A DNA stretch of 64,000 bases from an uncultured candidate division Zixibacteria bacterium (GCA_963806185.1 CAWDXE010000006.1:96001-160000); one strand, 5' to 3'; shown: positions 1-11,362, counted from the first letter of the stretch. A program made the numbers and translations. Notes: a model not told the origin generated them from the letters alone.

Positions 1-1063
1 AGTTCGGCAACGTCACCGTAACACCCGAGGAGGCGTTTACCGGTGAAACAAAGTCGCCCGCCACGAATAGTGCCTTGCCCGGCTGGCCGCCGCCCACCTG
101 CGTGACCGTGCCACCCAACTGGCGCAAATAACTTACCTGATCGTAATTCGATTCATTACCGGCGTACACGCCGAGGTTGCTCACCACCGTGTCGATATCA
201 CAATTCGGATCGACAATCTGCACGGGCAGACAAATCTGCTGCGGGCCGCACTGCCCGACTGTCCTGTTCGCCGGCATTGTTACGACCGGCGCTGTGCCGT
301 AGTTCGCCACAACTTTGAATGCCTTGCACTCATTAGTCGATGACAACTCAATTCGCTGGGTCGGATTACACGCCGAGTTTGGCGACTGATACTTGCTGGG
401 TTTGGGCTCGCCACGGAACTTGATGCGAATGCTGTACTGCCCCGTCGCGACCGGCATGGCAAATGTTACGCACGCATTCCCGTTGGCGTCGGTGGTCGCC
501 GAGTCCTGGGCAAGCTGGCCGACGTCTGCGCCGCAATTCCCCGTGTTCACGAAAAACAGGACGCGCCGGTTCGCCAATGGCGCCCGGTTGCCGCCCCCGC
601 AATTCTCCGCCAAATTCGCACAGACTTCCAGCGGTCGCCCCGCGCAGACGGAATCCGGAAGGCCGGTCGTAAAGGCAAGCAACACGTTGCAGTCAGTGAA
701 GGTCGCTGTAGCCGTCAGTCCGGAACTCAAGCCCAGGGCGTCCACATAGAGAGTCTTGTTGACCGCGTCATCCGGAACGATCCAGATTGCCGAGATGCTC
801 CCCTCACCGTCTGCCGTCACCGTCCACGGTTCATAAAACTGGGCATTCTCCGGCTCCGGAAGACCTACCTGTAGATGAACCTGCAATTGGACCGATTCGT
901 TAGCCCAGTATCCGGCGCCTTCGATGTAAACCGTGTCGCCGGGGGCATAATCTAGCGTGTCAGTACTGACAATCGCCGAGAGCGTGGCCGCTTGTGCTGC
1001 TGTGCACAGCAAAACGGCGCCAACTAGGACTGCGAGACCTCGAAACAAATTGTACGTTCCCAT
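1..1063 (-). CDS. Large secreted Cys-containing beta-rich (Ig-like) protein, N-terminal part; runs off the window edge
   Basis: Not in the ORF track. Manual translation from ATG 1063 is open to the window edge: MGTYNLFRGLAVLVGAVLLCTAAQA (signal peptide) then ATLSAIVSTDTLDYAPGDTVYIEGAGY. Confidence 0.8.
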   Translation of the reverse strand, partial: MGTYNLFRGLAVLVGAVLLCTAAQAATLSAIVSTDTLDYAPGDTVYIEGAGYWANESVQLQVHLQVGLPEPENAQFYEPWTVTADGEGSISAIWIVPDDAVNKTLYVDALGLSSGLTATATFTDCNVLLAFTTGLPDSVCAGRPLEVCANLAENCGGGNRAPLANRRVLFFVNTGNCGADVGQLAQDSATTDANGNACVTFAMPVATGQYSIRIKFRGEPKPSKYQSPNSACNPTQRIELSSTNECKAFKVVANYGTAPVVTMPANRTVGQCGPQQICLPVQIVDPNCDIDTVVSNLGVYAGNESNYDQVSYLRQLGGTVTQVGGGQPGKALFVAGDFVSPVNASSGVTVTLPN

Positions 1064-1091
1064 GACGCGAGGACCCTATCTATCGATGAAG

Positions 1092-1108
1092 TGCAATGTT
1101 TTTGCCGA
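1092..1108 (-). promoter_or_regulatory. Possible sigma-54 -24/-12 promoter
   Basis: Minus strand TCGGCAAAAACATTGCA is GG-N10-GC, about 30 nt upstream of ATG 1063. Confidence 0.35.
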
Positions 1109-1456
1109 TAGCAAACAGGGTACGCCATAGAAGAGCAGCAGCAGTCTGCCACGCTAAGAGATGGTTGGTGATGCAGTTTGGAAATTGCAACCCGTGAGCA
1201 CTTGACCATGCACTCTTCCTACAGCTACCCAATATCGCCTAAACCCAAAGCCCGGCACCCGGTATCGACTGACTAGGTCGTGTGCCTCACCCGAATACGA
1301 ATTCAGCTAAAACCGGAACCGGCGTGACCAACTAAAAGATATGAAACCGCGAGTGTATGTCAAGGGAAAATGACCGCTATAGATGTAGTGATATGGCAAC
1401 AGATGCCCCGGATACGTCGCTTACCGGAACATCTGGGTCCTGTGGAAGAGACCACC

Positions 1457-2332
1457 TCAGCTGGTTTTGGAATTGCGCGAGCGGTTTCGCTCCAGCTTTA
1501 CCAGGAACTCCCCCGCCTCTCGCTTCGACAACCCCTGTTGCACCAACGAATCAACTGTCTCCGAAAAACCCTCGAGGTACTTGGTCAGCACCTTGACCTC
1601 CGGACCCGAAAACGAGATTGCCTTCAGCGTGTAGTCCTCAAAGGCCTCATAGGCAACCGGTGCCACCGTCCGAACCATTTTGGCCATCACCTCGGCATAC
1701 TCACGGATCTCCTGCTGGGCGTGGAGGTCAAGACGTAAGTGCAAAAAATGAAAGAGGTTATGAAGATCAATCTTCCAGTACCACTCGGTGTAGAGAGATA
1801 GCGGCAGATTGATCCTCGCCAGCTCCCTCGCCAGCCCCGCTTCCACAAACTTCGAATACTCCTGGTACAACTCCCGCTGCGTCGTCTGGGCATGCATCAG
1901 AAACTGGTCCTTGAGCTCGTTGGGCACTTCTTCCTCGGACCTCCCCTGATGATTGGTCACGGATTGATAACGAATATCATCCCGCTTCGGCAGATAGAAC
2001 TCTTCTTTCATGACCGAGTACCGGCCCGAGTATTCGTTGACATTGGCTGAACGGTGGCGGATCCACTGACGGGCCACGAAAATGGGCAGTTTGACGTGAA
2101 ACTTGAACTCGACCATCTCAAACGGGGTCGTGTGCTGATGGCGCATGAGATAGCGAATCAGCCCGCGATCCTCGTGCACTTTCTTGGTCCCCTCACCGTA
2201 TGACACTCGCGCCGCCTGCACAATAGCATCATCGGAACCAAGGTAGTCGATCAGCCGGACAAAGCCGTGATCCAGAACCTTGAACTCCTTGTCGAGCAAT
2301 GCGTCGGCTTCAGTATTCTTTGCGTGGCCCAT
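1457..2332 (-). CDS. thyX: FAD-dependent thymidylate synthase
   Basis: RHRSANVNEYSGRY signature, HTTPFE, ARVSY, HAQQEIR. Confidence 0.96.
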   Translation of the reverse strand: MGHAKNTEADALLDKEFKVLDHGFVRLIDYLGSDDAIVQAARVSYGEGTKKVHEDRGLIRYLMRHQHTTPFEMVEFKFHVKLPIFVARQWIRHRSANVNEYSGRYSVMKEEFYLPKRDDIRYQSVTNHQGRSEEEVPNELKDQFLMHAQTTQRELYQEYSKFVEAGLARELARINLPLSLYTEWYWKIDLHNLFHFLHLRLDLHAQQEIREYAEVMAKMVRTVAPVAYEAFEDYTLKAISFSGPEVKVLTKYLEGFSETVDSLVQQGLSKREAGEFLVKLERNRSRNSKTS

Positions 2333-2513
2333 GAAAATTCCCTCCGATGACGGCGCTCAATATAGGCCCATGCCCAAAGGGCGACAACAGAATTGTTACC
2401 CGCCAATTGCTTTCGTGACCGTCCTGAATTACCTTCCGCCTAAGACACAATAACTACTAATTGCCCGGCCACTCTTGCTGCCGCCGGCCGGGATTTGGTC
2501 AAGGAGAAGCAGC

Positions 2514-4025
2514 ATGACTGCCCAACAAGCTTATCAAGAACTCATTAAAGAAGTCAAAGAGATTTCCATCCTTGGGTCATGCGCCTCGGTCCTCGGATGG
2601 GACGAACGCACCTACATGCCCCGTCAGGGCGCCGAACACCGCTCCAACCAGCTCGGCCTGATCGCCCGGCTGAGCCACGAACGGTTCACCTCGTCAAAAA
2701 TCGGCGACCTGCTCGCCAAGAGCGAAAGCGACGGCCTCAAAGCGGGTGATACGCCCGAGGCCGCCAACCTGCGCGAAATCCGCCACCAGTACGACAAAGC
2801 CACCAAGCTGCCGTCCGATCTGGTCGAAGAAATGACCAAAACCACCTCGCTCGCCCAGGGTAAATGGGCTGAGGCCCGCGCCAAATCCGACTTCAAAGCC
2901 TTCCAGCCCTGGCTTGAGAAGATCGTCGCCATCGAACAGAAAGTCGCCGACGCCTACGGCTGGAAGGGCGAACGGTACAACGCCCTGCTCGACAACTATG
3001 AACCGGGCGCGACCGTCGACGACATCGCTTCCGTTTTCGAGAAACTCCGCGGCGAACTGGTGACGCTGCTGCAGAAAATCAAGAATGCGCCGAAAAAGCC
3101 CGATGTCAGCATCATTGAGCGCGAGTACAACATCGAGATGCAGCGTGTCTTTGGTGAATCGGTTGCCGAGGCGATGGGTTTTGACTTCGCCGCCGGCCGC
3201 TTGGACATCACCACCCACCCCTTCTGCTCCGGCTTCGGCCCCGGTGATACTCGCATCACCACGCGCTACAATCCGAGACGATTGAACGACGCCCTCTTTG
3301 GCATCATGCACGAGGCCGGCCACGCCCTGTACGAAATGGGGATACAAAAAGCGGAGTATTTCGGCGAGCCAATGGGCGAGGCTGCCTCGCTCGGCATCCA
3401 TGAATCGCAATCGCGCATGTGGGAAAACCAGGTCGGCCGCTCAAAAGAGTTCTGGGTCTACTTCCTCCCGCAGGCCAAGCGGATTTTCCGCCCGTCGCTC
3501 GACAACGTTTCACTCGATGCCTTCTACGGCGCGGTCAACTACGTGACTCCGTCGTACATCCGTGTCGAGGCCGACGAGGCCACCTACAACCTGCACATAC
3601 TCCTGCGTTTTGAAATCGAGCGCGCCATGTTGACCGGCGATCTCAAACCGGCCGACGTTGCGCATGAGTGGAACAGCCGCTTCGAGAAGTATTTCGGGCT
3701 TAAGGTCGACAACGACGCCAACGGCTGCTTGCAGGACGTTCACTGGTCGGCCGGCTATATCGGCTATTTCCCGACCTACACCTTGGGCAATCTGTATTCC
3801 GCGCAGTTCTTTGCGAAAGCCAGACAGGACATGCCGAATCTGGGCAAACAGTTCGAGCAGGGCAATTATGCCGAGTTGTTAGCCTGGCTGCGGAAGAACA
3901 TCCATATGCACGGCCAGCGTTACCGCGCCACCGATCTGGTAAAGCGAGTGACCGGCCAGCCCTTGTCAGCGCAGCCGTTGGTCGACTATATGAACAAGAA
4001 GTACGGCGAGATCTACGGCTTCTAG
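2514..4025 (+). CDS. Carboxypeptidase Taq family (M32) metallopeptidase
   Basis: HPF, HEAGH, HESQS, IRVEADE, QDVHW, GYFPTY motifs; AAGGAG before ATG 2514. Confidence 0.95.
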   Translation: MTAQQAYQELIKEVKEISILGSCASVLGWDERTYMPRQGAEHRSNQLGLIARLSHERFTSSKIGDLLAKSESDGLKAGDTPEAANLREIRHQYDKATKLPSDLVEEMTKTTSLAQGKWAEARAKSDFKAFQPWLEKIVAIEQKVADAYGWKGERYNALLDNYEPGATVDDIASVFEKLRGELVTLLQKIKNAPKKPDVSIIEREYNIEMQRVFGESVAEAMGFDFAAGRLDITTHPFCSGFGPGDTRITTRYNPRRLNDALFGIMHEAGHALYEMGIQKAEYFGEPMGEAASLGIHESQSRMWENQVGRSKEFWVYFLPQAKRIFRPSLDNVSLDAFYGAVNYVTPSYIRVEADEATYNLHILLRFEIERAMLTGDLKPADVAHEWNSRFEKYFGLKVDNDANGCLQDVHWSAGYIGYFPTYTLGNLYSAQFFAKARQDMPNLGKQFEQGNYAELLAWLRKNIHMHGQRYRATDLVKRVTGQPLSAQPLVDYMNKKYGEIYGF

Positions 4026-4048
4026 ACTTGTCGTCCGAAAGAGTATCG

Positions 4049-4646
4049 GTAGCCCACCGTCTTGCGGTGGGCTGAATGTCCCATCAGACTCCCGTGCCAA
4101 ACGCCTGTGCGGTCAGGCCCCCGTGCCTGACCGCACTCTTCTGAGTTGCTTCGGGTCCTGCGGCGATTCCTATCGCCGTGTGACCCGAAGCATCACCATA
4201 CCGGCCCTCACCCCAACCCTCTCCCTGAAGGGAGAGGGGGTATGAGAGGAAATCTGTAGGGCAAAAGTATTTTCAATTTATCAAGCGTTTTGCCAAGGAG
4301 GTGTTGCAACAGGCCCTTTACCTATTTCGAACGTGAGACCTGACGCCCCGCAATTCACCGACTACTCATTGCGAGAACCTCGCGGAGCCGAAGGGGCCGA
4401 CGTCAATCCTGAATCATTCTCGTGCTTCCGCGATCTCGACGATCTCCGCAATCTTACCTGACACGTCATTGCGAGCCGCTCCTTAGCGGCGTGGCAATCT
4501 TTCAGTTCGCTTCCTGTAAGTCGAAACCGCTTCGGTTTCGACCTGACCCACGGGCCTTCGCCATCGAGTAACGTCATGCTGAGCGGAGTCGAAGCATGAT
4601 CCGTATGCAAATCCTACCCTTGATCCCCGCCTTCACGGGTATGACA
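4049..4646. repeat. Intergenic mosaic of palindromic REP-like repeats from several families
   Basis: GTAGCCCACCG..CGGTGGGCT (4049); CGGTCAGGCCCCCGTGCCTGACCG (4110); CCCTCACCCCAACCCTCTCCC (4205); CGTCATTGCGAG..GCAATCT (4464); CGTCATGCTGAGCGGAGTCGAAGCATG (4572). Each type recurs elsewhere in the window. Confidence 0.85.
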
Positions 4647-4867
4647 ATTCTGTATGGTCAGCATTTCTTGCCTTGGGGCGGCATCGATATCCGGTAATGC
4701 CCTGCGCTCCCCCCTCCGATTGCCGCGCATCCCGACCCGGCCGGCCTTTGCGACGTCGTCCCCCAATTTCTCTTGCAATATGGATGCTATGTACCGATAT
4801 TATCCACGTGGCGGTCACGGCCACAACAACCAGATCAACGCTAAACCTCTGAACCGGGAGTATTTCA

Positions 4868-7543
4868 GTGGCTCTATCCAGTGGTGCCAAGCTAGGTCCC
4901 TACATCATCGAATCAACCGCCGGCGCCGGCGGCATGGGCGAAGTCTACAAAGCCAAAGACAGCCGACTTGATCGCACCGTTGCGATCAAGGTTCTCTCGG
5001 TGCAAGTGGCCGGCAATCAGGATCTCCGCCTCCGTTTCGAACGCGAGGCCAAGGCCATCTCAAGCCTCAACCACCCCAACATCTGCACCCTTTTCGACAT
5101 CGGTCATCAGGACGGTGTCGACTATCTGGTCATGGAGTATCTGGAAGGCGAAACGCTCGCCTCACGTCTCCTGCGTGGCCCGTTATCTGTCCCCGACTTG
5201 CTGAATATTGCCGTGCAGATTGCCGACGGCCTTGACAAGGCCCACCGCCAGGGACTGATCCACCGCGATCTCAAACCGGGCAACATCATGCTCACCAAGT
5301 CCGGCGCCAAACTTCTCGACTTCGGCCTGGCCAAACTGCAGGAATCAGGTGGACTCGTCCACGGTCAGAGTGGTATCACCCGCACCACCACGCCTCTCAC
5401 CGGAGAGGGCGCGATCATCGGCACCCTCCAGTATATGGCCCCCGAACAACTCGAAGGGAAAGAGGTGGATGCCCGCACCGACATCTTCGCCTTCGGCGCC
5501 ATTCTTTACGAAATGGCCACCGGCCGCCGCGCCTTTGACGGCGGCAGTCAGGCCAGCCTCATCGCCTCCATCATCAAGGAACAGCCGCGCGCTATCGCCG
5601 AGTTACAGCCCATGTCCCCTCCCATGCTTGAACGGGTCATCCGCCAGTGCCTGGAAAAGGATCCCGACCATCGCTGGCACACGGCCGGCGATCTCAAGCG
5701 ATCACTGCTCTGGATTAACGAAGGTGGCTCACAGGTCGGCGTGCCGTTGCAGGTCTCTGTTCGCCGCAAATCGCGAGAACGGATGCTCTGGGCCGCAACA
5801 GGTGTATTGGGATTGGCTGCACTCGCCCTGGGCGCGAAGATCTTGTTGCAGGCTAAGCCGGAGCTGAGGGTCGCCCGCTTCTCCATTACCCAGGAGCCTC
5901 GCTATTCCGGCACCACTTGGCCGATGATTTCACCAGACGGCAAGTACGTCGCCTTCCAGGCACAGGACAGCGCCAGAGTGTTTAAGATCTGGGTCCGTCC
6001 CATGAACTCACTCCAGGCGATTCCTCTGGAGGGTACTGATGGCGCCAATCGCCCCTTCTGGTCGCCCGACAGCAAGTTCCTGGCCTTTTTCGATAACCGC
6101 AATCAACTCCGACGAATCCCCGCCACCGGTGGGCCGACCCTTTTGATCTGCGAGGCGCCGCACGCCTCGGATGGTACATGGGGAAGTGACGGCATTATTA
6201 TCTTTGACGGCAACGCCGCCGATTCGCTCCGACAAGTCCCGGCCGCAGGCGGGCCGGTGACCCAGGCATCGTTCATCAACCGCGCGGTCGGCGAAACCGG
6301 TCACGCCTGGCCCTGGTTTCTCCCTGACGGCAAGCACTACTTGTTTAATACCTTTGCGTCCATCCCCGGCACCGGCCAGCAGTCGTACCTGATGTCCGGA
6401 ACTCTCGGATCCAGGGAGAGCAAGAAACTCGCGACAGTGGAATCACGCGTCGTCTATTCGACTGCCGGCTATATCCTCTATATGAAAGATCGCATCCTGG
6501 TAGCACAGCCGTTCAACGCTGATAAACAGGAAATCACCGGCGACCCGATACCCCTCACAAACGAGGTAACCAGTCTCGACGAGCGCGCTCTCTTCAGTGT
6601 TTCCAACGACGGTCAACTGCTGTACCAGCGCGGCACCGCGATAAGCGAGCGACGCATGGTCTGGGTCGACCGTACGGGCAAGGAGCTCTCCGAGGAAATG
6701 CCCCCGTCAGGTTTTGAAAACGTCGCTCTGTCTCCCGACGGCAAACGCATTGCCTATGAACTCACGAGCAACAACGGCAACCAGACCGACATCTGGGTCC
6801 GCGATCTCCAGCGCCAGATTTCTTCGCGTCTGACGTTCAACGAGGCAGCCGACGTCTGGCCGGTGTGGAGTGCCGACAATTCCCGGGTTTATTTTGGCTC
6901 CGACCGAAAGGACAATCTGGGCAAGTGGAGTATCTTCAGCCGACTAGCCAACGGTACTGGATCCGATGAAGAACTGCCGAGATCCGATTCGACTCCCTTC
7001 ATCACGCAAAGCGCCTATCCTGACGGTTCCGCACTCGTGGTCATGTCGGTGCCAATTACGCGCGTCTTCGATATCTGGAAACTCGAACTTCGTTCCGGCA
7101 AGATGGAACCGTTGCTGAATTCTGAATTCAGCGAGCGCTGGGCCTCCATCTCACCCAACAGTCAGTATATTGCCTATAGCAGTAACGAGTCCGGTCGGGC
7201 TCAGGTGTATATTCAACAACTCGGCGCCGGCGGCGGCAAATGGCAGATAACGTCTGTGAACACCCGCATGGCGCAATGGCGCGCTGACGGCCGGGAGTTG
7301 TATTGCGTGTCGGCGGATGGCAACCTGATGGCTACACCGATAAGTTATGAAGGCGGCCTGCAAATTGGTCAGCCGACCGTGCTGTTTCGAAAGCCATTCT
7401 ACTTTGACATCACCTACACGAATTCAAGCTATCAGGTCACGCGCGACGGTCAGCGCTTTCTCTGCGTGACACAGCCCGAGCAGAACTCCTCCGTTGAGCT
7501 GATACTCGTGCAAAACTGGGCCGAGGAACTCGTGGGCCGCTGA
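4868..7543 (+). CDS. Hanks-type Ser/Thr kinase with hydrophobic segment and C-terminal TolB/PD40-like beta-propeller repeats
   Basis: GAGGMGEVY, VAIK, HRDLKPGN, DFGLAK, YMAPEQ; repeated SPDG/PDG motifs. Confidence 0.93.
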   Translation: MALSSGAKLGPYIIESTAGAGGMGEVYKAKDSRLDRTVAIKVLSVQVAGNQDLRLRFEREAKAISSLNHPNICTLFDIGHQDGVDYLVMEYLEGETLASRLLRGPLSVPDLLNIAVQIADGLDKAHRQGLIHRDLKPGNIMLTKSGAKLLDFGLAKLQESGGLVHGQSGITRTTTPLTGEGAIIGTLQYMAPEQLEGKEVDARTDIFAFGAILYEMATGRRAFDGGSQASLIASIIKEQPRAIAELQPMSPPMLERVIRQCLEKDPDHRWHTAGDLKRSLLWINEGGSQVGVPLQVSVRRKSRERMLWAATGVLGLAALALGAKILLQAKPELRVARFSITQEPRYSGTTWPMISPDGKYVAFQAQDSARVFKIWVRPMNSLQAIPLEGTDGANRPFWSPDSKFLAFFDNRNQLRRIPATGGPTLLICEAPHASDGTWGSDGIIIFDGNAADSLRQVPAAGGPVTQASFINRAVGETGHAWPWFLPDGKHYLFNTFASIPGTGQQSYLMSGTLGSRESKKLATVESRVVYSTAGYILYMKDRILVAQPFNADKQEITGDPIPLTNEVTSLDERALFSVSNDGQLLYQRGTAISERRMVWVDRTGKELSEEMPPSGFENVALSPDGKRIAYELTSNNGNQTDIWVRDLQRQISSRLTFNEAADVWPVWSADNSRVYFGSDRKDNLGKWSIFSRLANGTGSDEELPRSDSTPFITQSAYPDGSALVVMSVPITRVFDIWKLELRSGKMEPLLNSEFSERWASISPNSQYIAYSSNESGRAQVYIQQLGAGGGKWQITSVNTRMAQWRADGRELYCVSADGNLMATPISYEGGLQIGQPTVLFRKPFYFDITYTNSSYQVTRDGQRFLCVTQPEQNSSVELILVQNWAEELVGR

Positions 7544-7584
7544 CCCCAGGGCAGAGTCGACTCCTCTCCTCGCCGATATAACGT

Positions 7585-7775
7585 GCGGTCAGGCCCCCGT
7601 GCCTGACCGAGAGTCGTCATGTTGAAGTCGCTTCTTAGCGCGCTTCAGCATCTCGGTGTTCACCACACTCCCGACAAACTCCAAGTGGCTGGCGTACGTC
7701 TCGTGCGCCAGCCGGCGGCTATCCTCAACTCCACTTACTTTCCATCCTGCGGTCGGGTCTTGTGCCCGATCGCAT
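7585..7775. repeat. REP-like palindrome cluster
   Basis: CGGTCAGGCCCCCGTGCCTGACCG, CGTCATGTTGAAG..CTTCAGCATCTC, TGGCTGGCGTACGTCTCGTGCGCCAGCC (7686). Confidence 0.8.
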
Positions 7776-7778
7776 TTT

Positions 7779-8927
7779 TCATTTATGCCGTGAGTGAGGT
7801 CGATAGGCCCATCTAACATCTCGAATGCGATCATCCTTGATCATGATCTCTGGCCCGGCAACTGATGAGTCCGTGAATATAAAACGACAAAGTTCATTCC
7901 CGCGACGGGATATTAGCGTGTCTCCGTCGATGAGCAGTAAAGTCCCTATCCGGCCGAGAATTATACGATTGTTGTCGGTATTGATGAAGACTGTCGAGTC
8001 TGAGACGATGTCCTCTCCTCTGGAGACTCGATGCACCCAGTCCATGTCCGGACCACTATAGGAAACTGTGCCAACTATGTAGCGCCCCTCTGGTCGAAGA
8101 TGCGTAACGTCTCCGGGAACAAGCACCGAGTTCCATGTCCGTCGGTGTCGGTCAAAAATCAGCACCTCCCTTTCCATGTATCCGCCCTTTTCCGGGATGG
8201 AGAAGATCGCGAGATAATCCTTTTCATGGGCGAATAGAAACCACCCTTCAGCATTTCTCATTCTAACAATTGAATCTGGAACGGGGAATGCCGTCACATC
8301 AATGCCCGTGTCAATCCATGCAATATCCGGAGTACCAGAGAAAATCGAGCCTACACTTACACCAAAAAACGAACCGACCTCGCTCTGCGTACCCGTGAAT
8401 CTGATTTCTCCAGCCGCCGGTTCTCCTACAGAATCGAGTTCGGTGCAGAGTGAGGGAGATACTCGGAGTATCTTGTATTGCGAAAGTCCTTTTCCGACGA
8501 GACAATTCAGGGCATACTGGCCAAGCGGCCTCCCGGCATCATTTTGCCACAGTTGGAGTAGGTGAACGGTCGAAGGAACTCGATATGTTGCAACAACAGA
8601 GCACGTTGCCATGTCGACAACGGTGATCGGCCGACCATACGACTCCACAATCGTCAAGGTTCCCAAATCTGGCTGAAGACGGAGATTGTTGATTTCATTG
8701 GGCGTGTGATCGAGCTTCCACACGGTGTCAATGATTTCGGTCGAATCCAATCGCAGAATCGATATTGTCGCATGATACTCATGCTGCCCATGACTTGAAT
8801 GCGATTCACAGCACCAATCCTCAGAGATGAGCAATAGCGGGTTATTTTCGGCACTCAAGAGGTGTGTGGAAATCAGCATGATGAAGAAGCTTGTTGCGAT
8901 CAGTCTCAATATCCGTGCGAATCGCAT
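7779..8927 (-). CDS. Hypothetical secreted protein, beta-rich
   Basis: Long ORF; GGGAGGA RBS before ATG 8927; signal-peptide-like N-terminus; AT-richer than neighbours. Confidence 0.7.
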   Translation of the reverse strand: MRFARILRLIATSFFIMLISTHLLSAENNPLLLISEDWCCESHSSHGQHEYHATISILRLDSTEIIDTVWKLDHTPNEINNLRLQPDLGTLTIVESYGRPITVVDMATCSVVATYRVPSTVHLLQLWQNDAGRPLGQYALNCLVGKGLSQYKILRVSPSLCTELDSVGEPAAGEIRFTGTQSEVGSFFGVSVGSIFSGTPDIAWIDTGIDVTAFPVPDSIVRMRNAEGWFLFAHEKDYLAIFSIPEKGGYMEREVLIFDRHRRTWNSVLVPGDVTHLRPEGRYIVGTVSYSGPDMDWVHRVSRGEDIVSDSTVFINTDNNRIILGRIGTLLLIDGDTLISRRGNELCRFIFTDSSVAGPEIMIKDDRIRDVRWAYRPHSRHK

Positions 8928-9006
8928 AATGATTCCTCCCTGTCGGCTAATATTGCTGCACACCGGGCCGTGAACAATTCAAAAAACTCACTGTTCAGTC
9001 GCTCAG

Positions 9007-9080
9007 CGTTATGCTGAGCGGAGCCGAAACACGATCAGAGTGCGAGTCCTACCCTGGATACCCGCTTTCGCGGGTATGAC
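9007..9080. repeat. Paired CGTC-type repeat module
   Basis: CGTTATGCTGAGCGGAGCCGAAAC..TCCTACCCTGGATACCCGCTTTCGCGGGTATGAC; same module at 4572-4645 and 11652-11725. Confidence 0.8.
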
Positions 9081-9373
9081 AATCCTGTGAATTTCACAAT
9101 CTCTGTACCGCCCTTTTCCCCGGCGCAACTCGCCGCACTCCCCCACAACCCACTGCGCTCAACCGGGTTGCCGTCAACTTCGACAATTGCGGACTTGCCT
9201 CGTAATCATTCACCGTACGATTTATTCCGATTTTCGCAACATTGCGCGTCGCACGGCGTATCTTCATGCCGAATGATCATCGATAGCATGTCTACCATAT
9301 TCGCGGACATTCGAATCCTGATTGACTCCTCACAAGGGACGGAGTATGGTGTGTGCTATCAACGGGAGGTTTT

Positions 9374-11362
9374 ATGCAACACGCTGACGGGATTCCATTG
9401 ATGTACCTGGTGTGGGCGGCCATCGCCTTCGTGGTGATTGTGCTTATTCTACCCTCGCTGCGGGTCATCGGCCAGACCGAAGTAGGCCTGGTGTCAAAAC
9501 GCTTCTCACGCAAACGGCTGTCCGAAGGCAATCCGATCGCCTTTCACGGTGAGGCCGGCTTCCAGGCCAACCTGCTGATGCCGGGCATTCGCTTCAAATT
9601 CTGGCTGCTCTACAGCGTGCGGAAATACCCATGGGTGCAGGTGCCCGCCGGCGAAATCGGCGTCGTCATCTCGCAAATCGGCGAACCATTACCGGTCGGC
9701 GCGAAATCTGCCGTCTACAAATCGGTCTTCGGGAATTTCTCTGACGTCAAAACGTTTGTTGAGAACGGCGGTCAAAAAGGAGTCCAGCGCCCTGTGCTCC
9801 CTCCGGGCACCCTCGTGCCGATACATCCGGTCGCCTTTCTCGTGATCACCAAGCAGCGCGTGCACGGCCGCCCCGTCGATCCGACCATTCTCAGCATTTT
9901 GAATCGGACCGAGACAGGGTTGTCCGTAAAATCGTTCGGTATTCATCCGGAACAGCTCGAAGTAGTGCGGATTGAACCAAAACCGTACGCCGACTCAGGC
10001 GCGCTGGTCGATGTCGTCGGCGTTGTGACAACTTTTGACGGTCCGCCTTTGGAAGCGGGCGACATTGCCTGCCGCCTGGGCGGCTTCGAGGACCTGGCTG
10101 CTATGGAAGCAGCCGGGAAGAGCGACGCTGAGATCATCGAGTACATCCTGCGTAGCAAGAACAACGTCCACAACAATTTCCAGGACTACCAGCAGTTTTT
10201 GGATAATGGCGGCAAGATCGGTTTGCAGCACGACGTCCTCTTGTACGGCGCCTACAACCTGAATCCATTCCTCGTGAAGGTGGAGCTGGTGCCGATGCTG
10301 ATCGTGCAACAGGGCCAGGTGGCCGTGATCAAATCATATGTCGGACTGGCGACCCAGGATACGTCGGGCGCGTCCTTCAAGTACGGTTCCCTCGTTCGCC
10401 CCGGACATCGCGGCGTCTGGCAGGAACCTCTGCGCACCGGCAAGTTTGCCATCAACCCGCGCATCTACAATGCCGAGATTGTGCCGACTGCCATCCTTAC
10501 GCTCAACTGGGCCGATGCTACTTCCAAAGCTCACAACCTGGATAGAGAACTGAAGCAGATTGTTGCCAAGTCACGCGAAGGTTTCGTCTTCAACATCGAT
10601 CTGCAGGTGCAGATCCATGTCCCGGATACACTGGCGCCGCGCGTCATTTCGATGGTCGGTACGATGCAGAATCTGGCTAACGAGGTCCTGCAGGCGGCGG
10701 TCGGCAATCACTTCCGCGACAAACTGCAGAGTATGCCGGCGGTGATGTTCATCGAAACCCGTCAGGAAGTTCAGAACAAGGCGCTCGAACTTATCACCGA
10801 TAAGCTGAGTGTCTACCAGGTGGAAACCAAGGGCGTGTATATTCAGGACGTCGTCTTCCCGGCGGAACTGGTGAAGGTGCTCACGTCACGAGAAATCGCC
10901 AATCAGGAGATTGCGACCTATCGAAAGGAAAAGTCGGCCGAGGACGAACGCATCGAGATGGAAAAAGCACGCGGTACGGCTGATATGCAGAAAGAACTCG
11001 CTGCCTCCAAGGTCGGCGTGGATATTCAGCGCAACAACGCCGAGGCGCGCAAGGCTGTCGCTGACGGTGAGTCGACCTACCTTGAGCGTGTCGGTAACGC
11101 GAAGGGCGCAGAGCCGCGCTCAGTCGGTTTGGCGAATGCCGAGGCCTACGCCAAGCAGGTTCAGGCGCTGGGCATGCAGGGAACGATGCTGGTCAATATT
11201 GCCAACGCTCTCGCCAAGAGCCAGCAACCGTTTATGCCCGGCATCCTGGTGACCGGCGGCGGTGGCTCAATCGAGGCGTTAGCCGCGGCGCTGACTGGTA
11301 AGTTCGCCGGGAACGGCGGCCCGACGACTACCGAACCCGCGACACCCTCAACGTCGAATTGA
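9374..11362 (+). CDS. SPFH/band 7 (flotillin-like) membrane protein
   Basis: N-terminal TM, repeated G(Q/H)(K/R)GV..PG segments, SREGF motif, Ala/Glu-rich coiled-coil tail; GGGAGG RBS. Confidence 0.85.
   Translation: MQHADGIPLMYLVWAAIAFVVIVLILPSLRVIGQTEVGLVSKRFSRKRLSEGNPIAFHGEAGFQANLLMPGIRFKFWLLYSVRKYPWVQVPAGEIGVVISQIGEPLPVGAKSAVYKSVFGNFSDVKTFVENGGQKGVQRPVLPPGTLVPIHPVAFLVITKQRVHGRPVDPTILSILNRTETGLSVKSFGIHPEQLEVVRIEPKPYADSGALVDVVGVVTTFDGPPLEAGDIACRLGGFEDLAAMEAAGKSDAEIIEYILRSKNNVHNNFQDYQQFLDNGGKIGLQHDVLLYGAYNLNPFLVKVELVPMLIVQQGQVAVIKSYVGLATQDTSGASFKYGSLVRPGHRGVWQEPLRTGKFAINPRIYNAEIVPTAILTLNWADATSKAHNLDRELKQIVAKSREGFVFNIDLQVQIHVPDTLAPRVISMVGTMQNLANEVLQAAVGNHFRDKLQSMPAVMFIETRQEVQNKALELITDKLSVYQVETKGVYIQDVVFPAELVKVLTSREIANQEIATYRKEKSAEDERIEMEKARGTADMQKELAASKVGVDIQRNNAEARKAVADGESTYLERVGNAKGAEPRSVGLANAEAYAKQVQALGMQGTMLVNIANALAKSQQPFMPGILVTGGGGSIEALAAALTGKFAGNGGPTTTEPATPSTSN

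Noticed and set aside
280..749. Short ORFs listed in the track
   Set aside because: They overlap the real minus-strand gene that starts at 1063 and is missing from the track.
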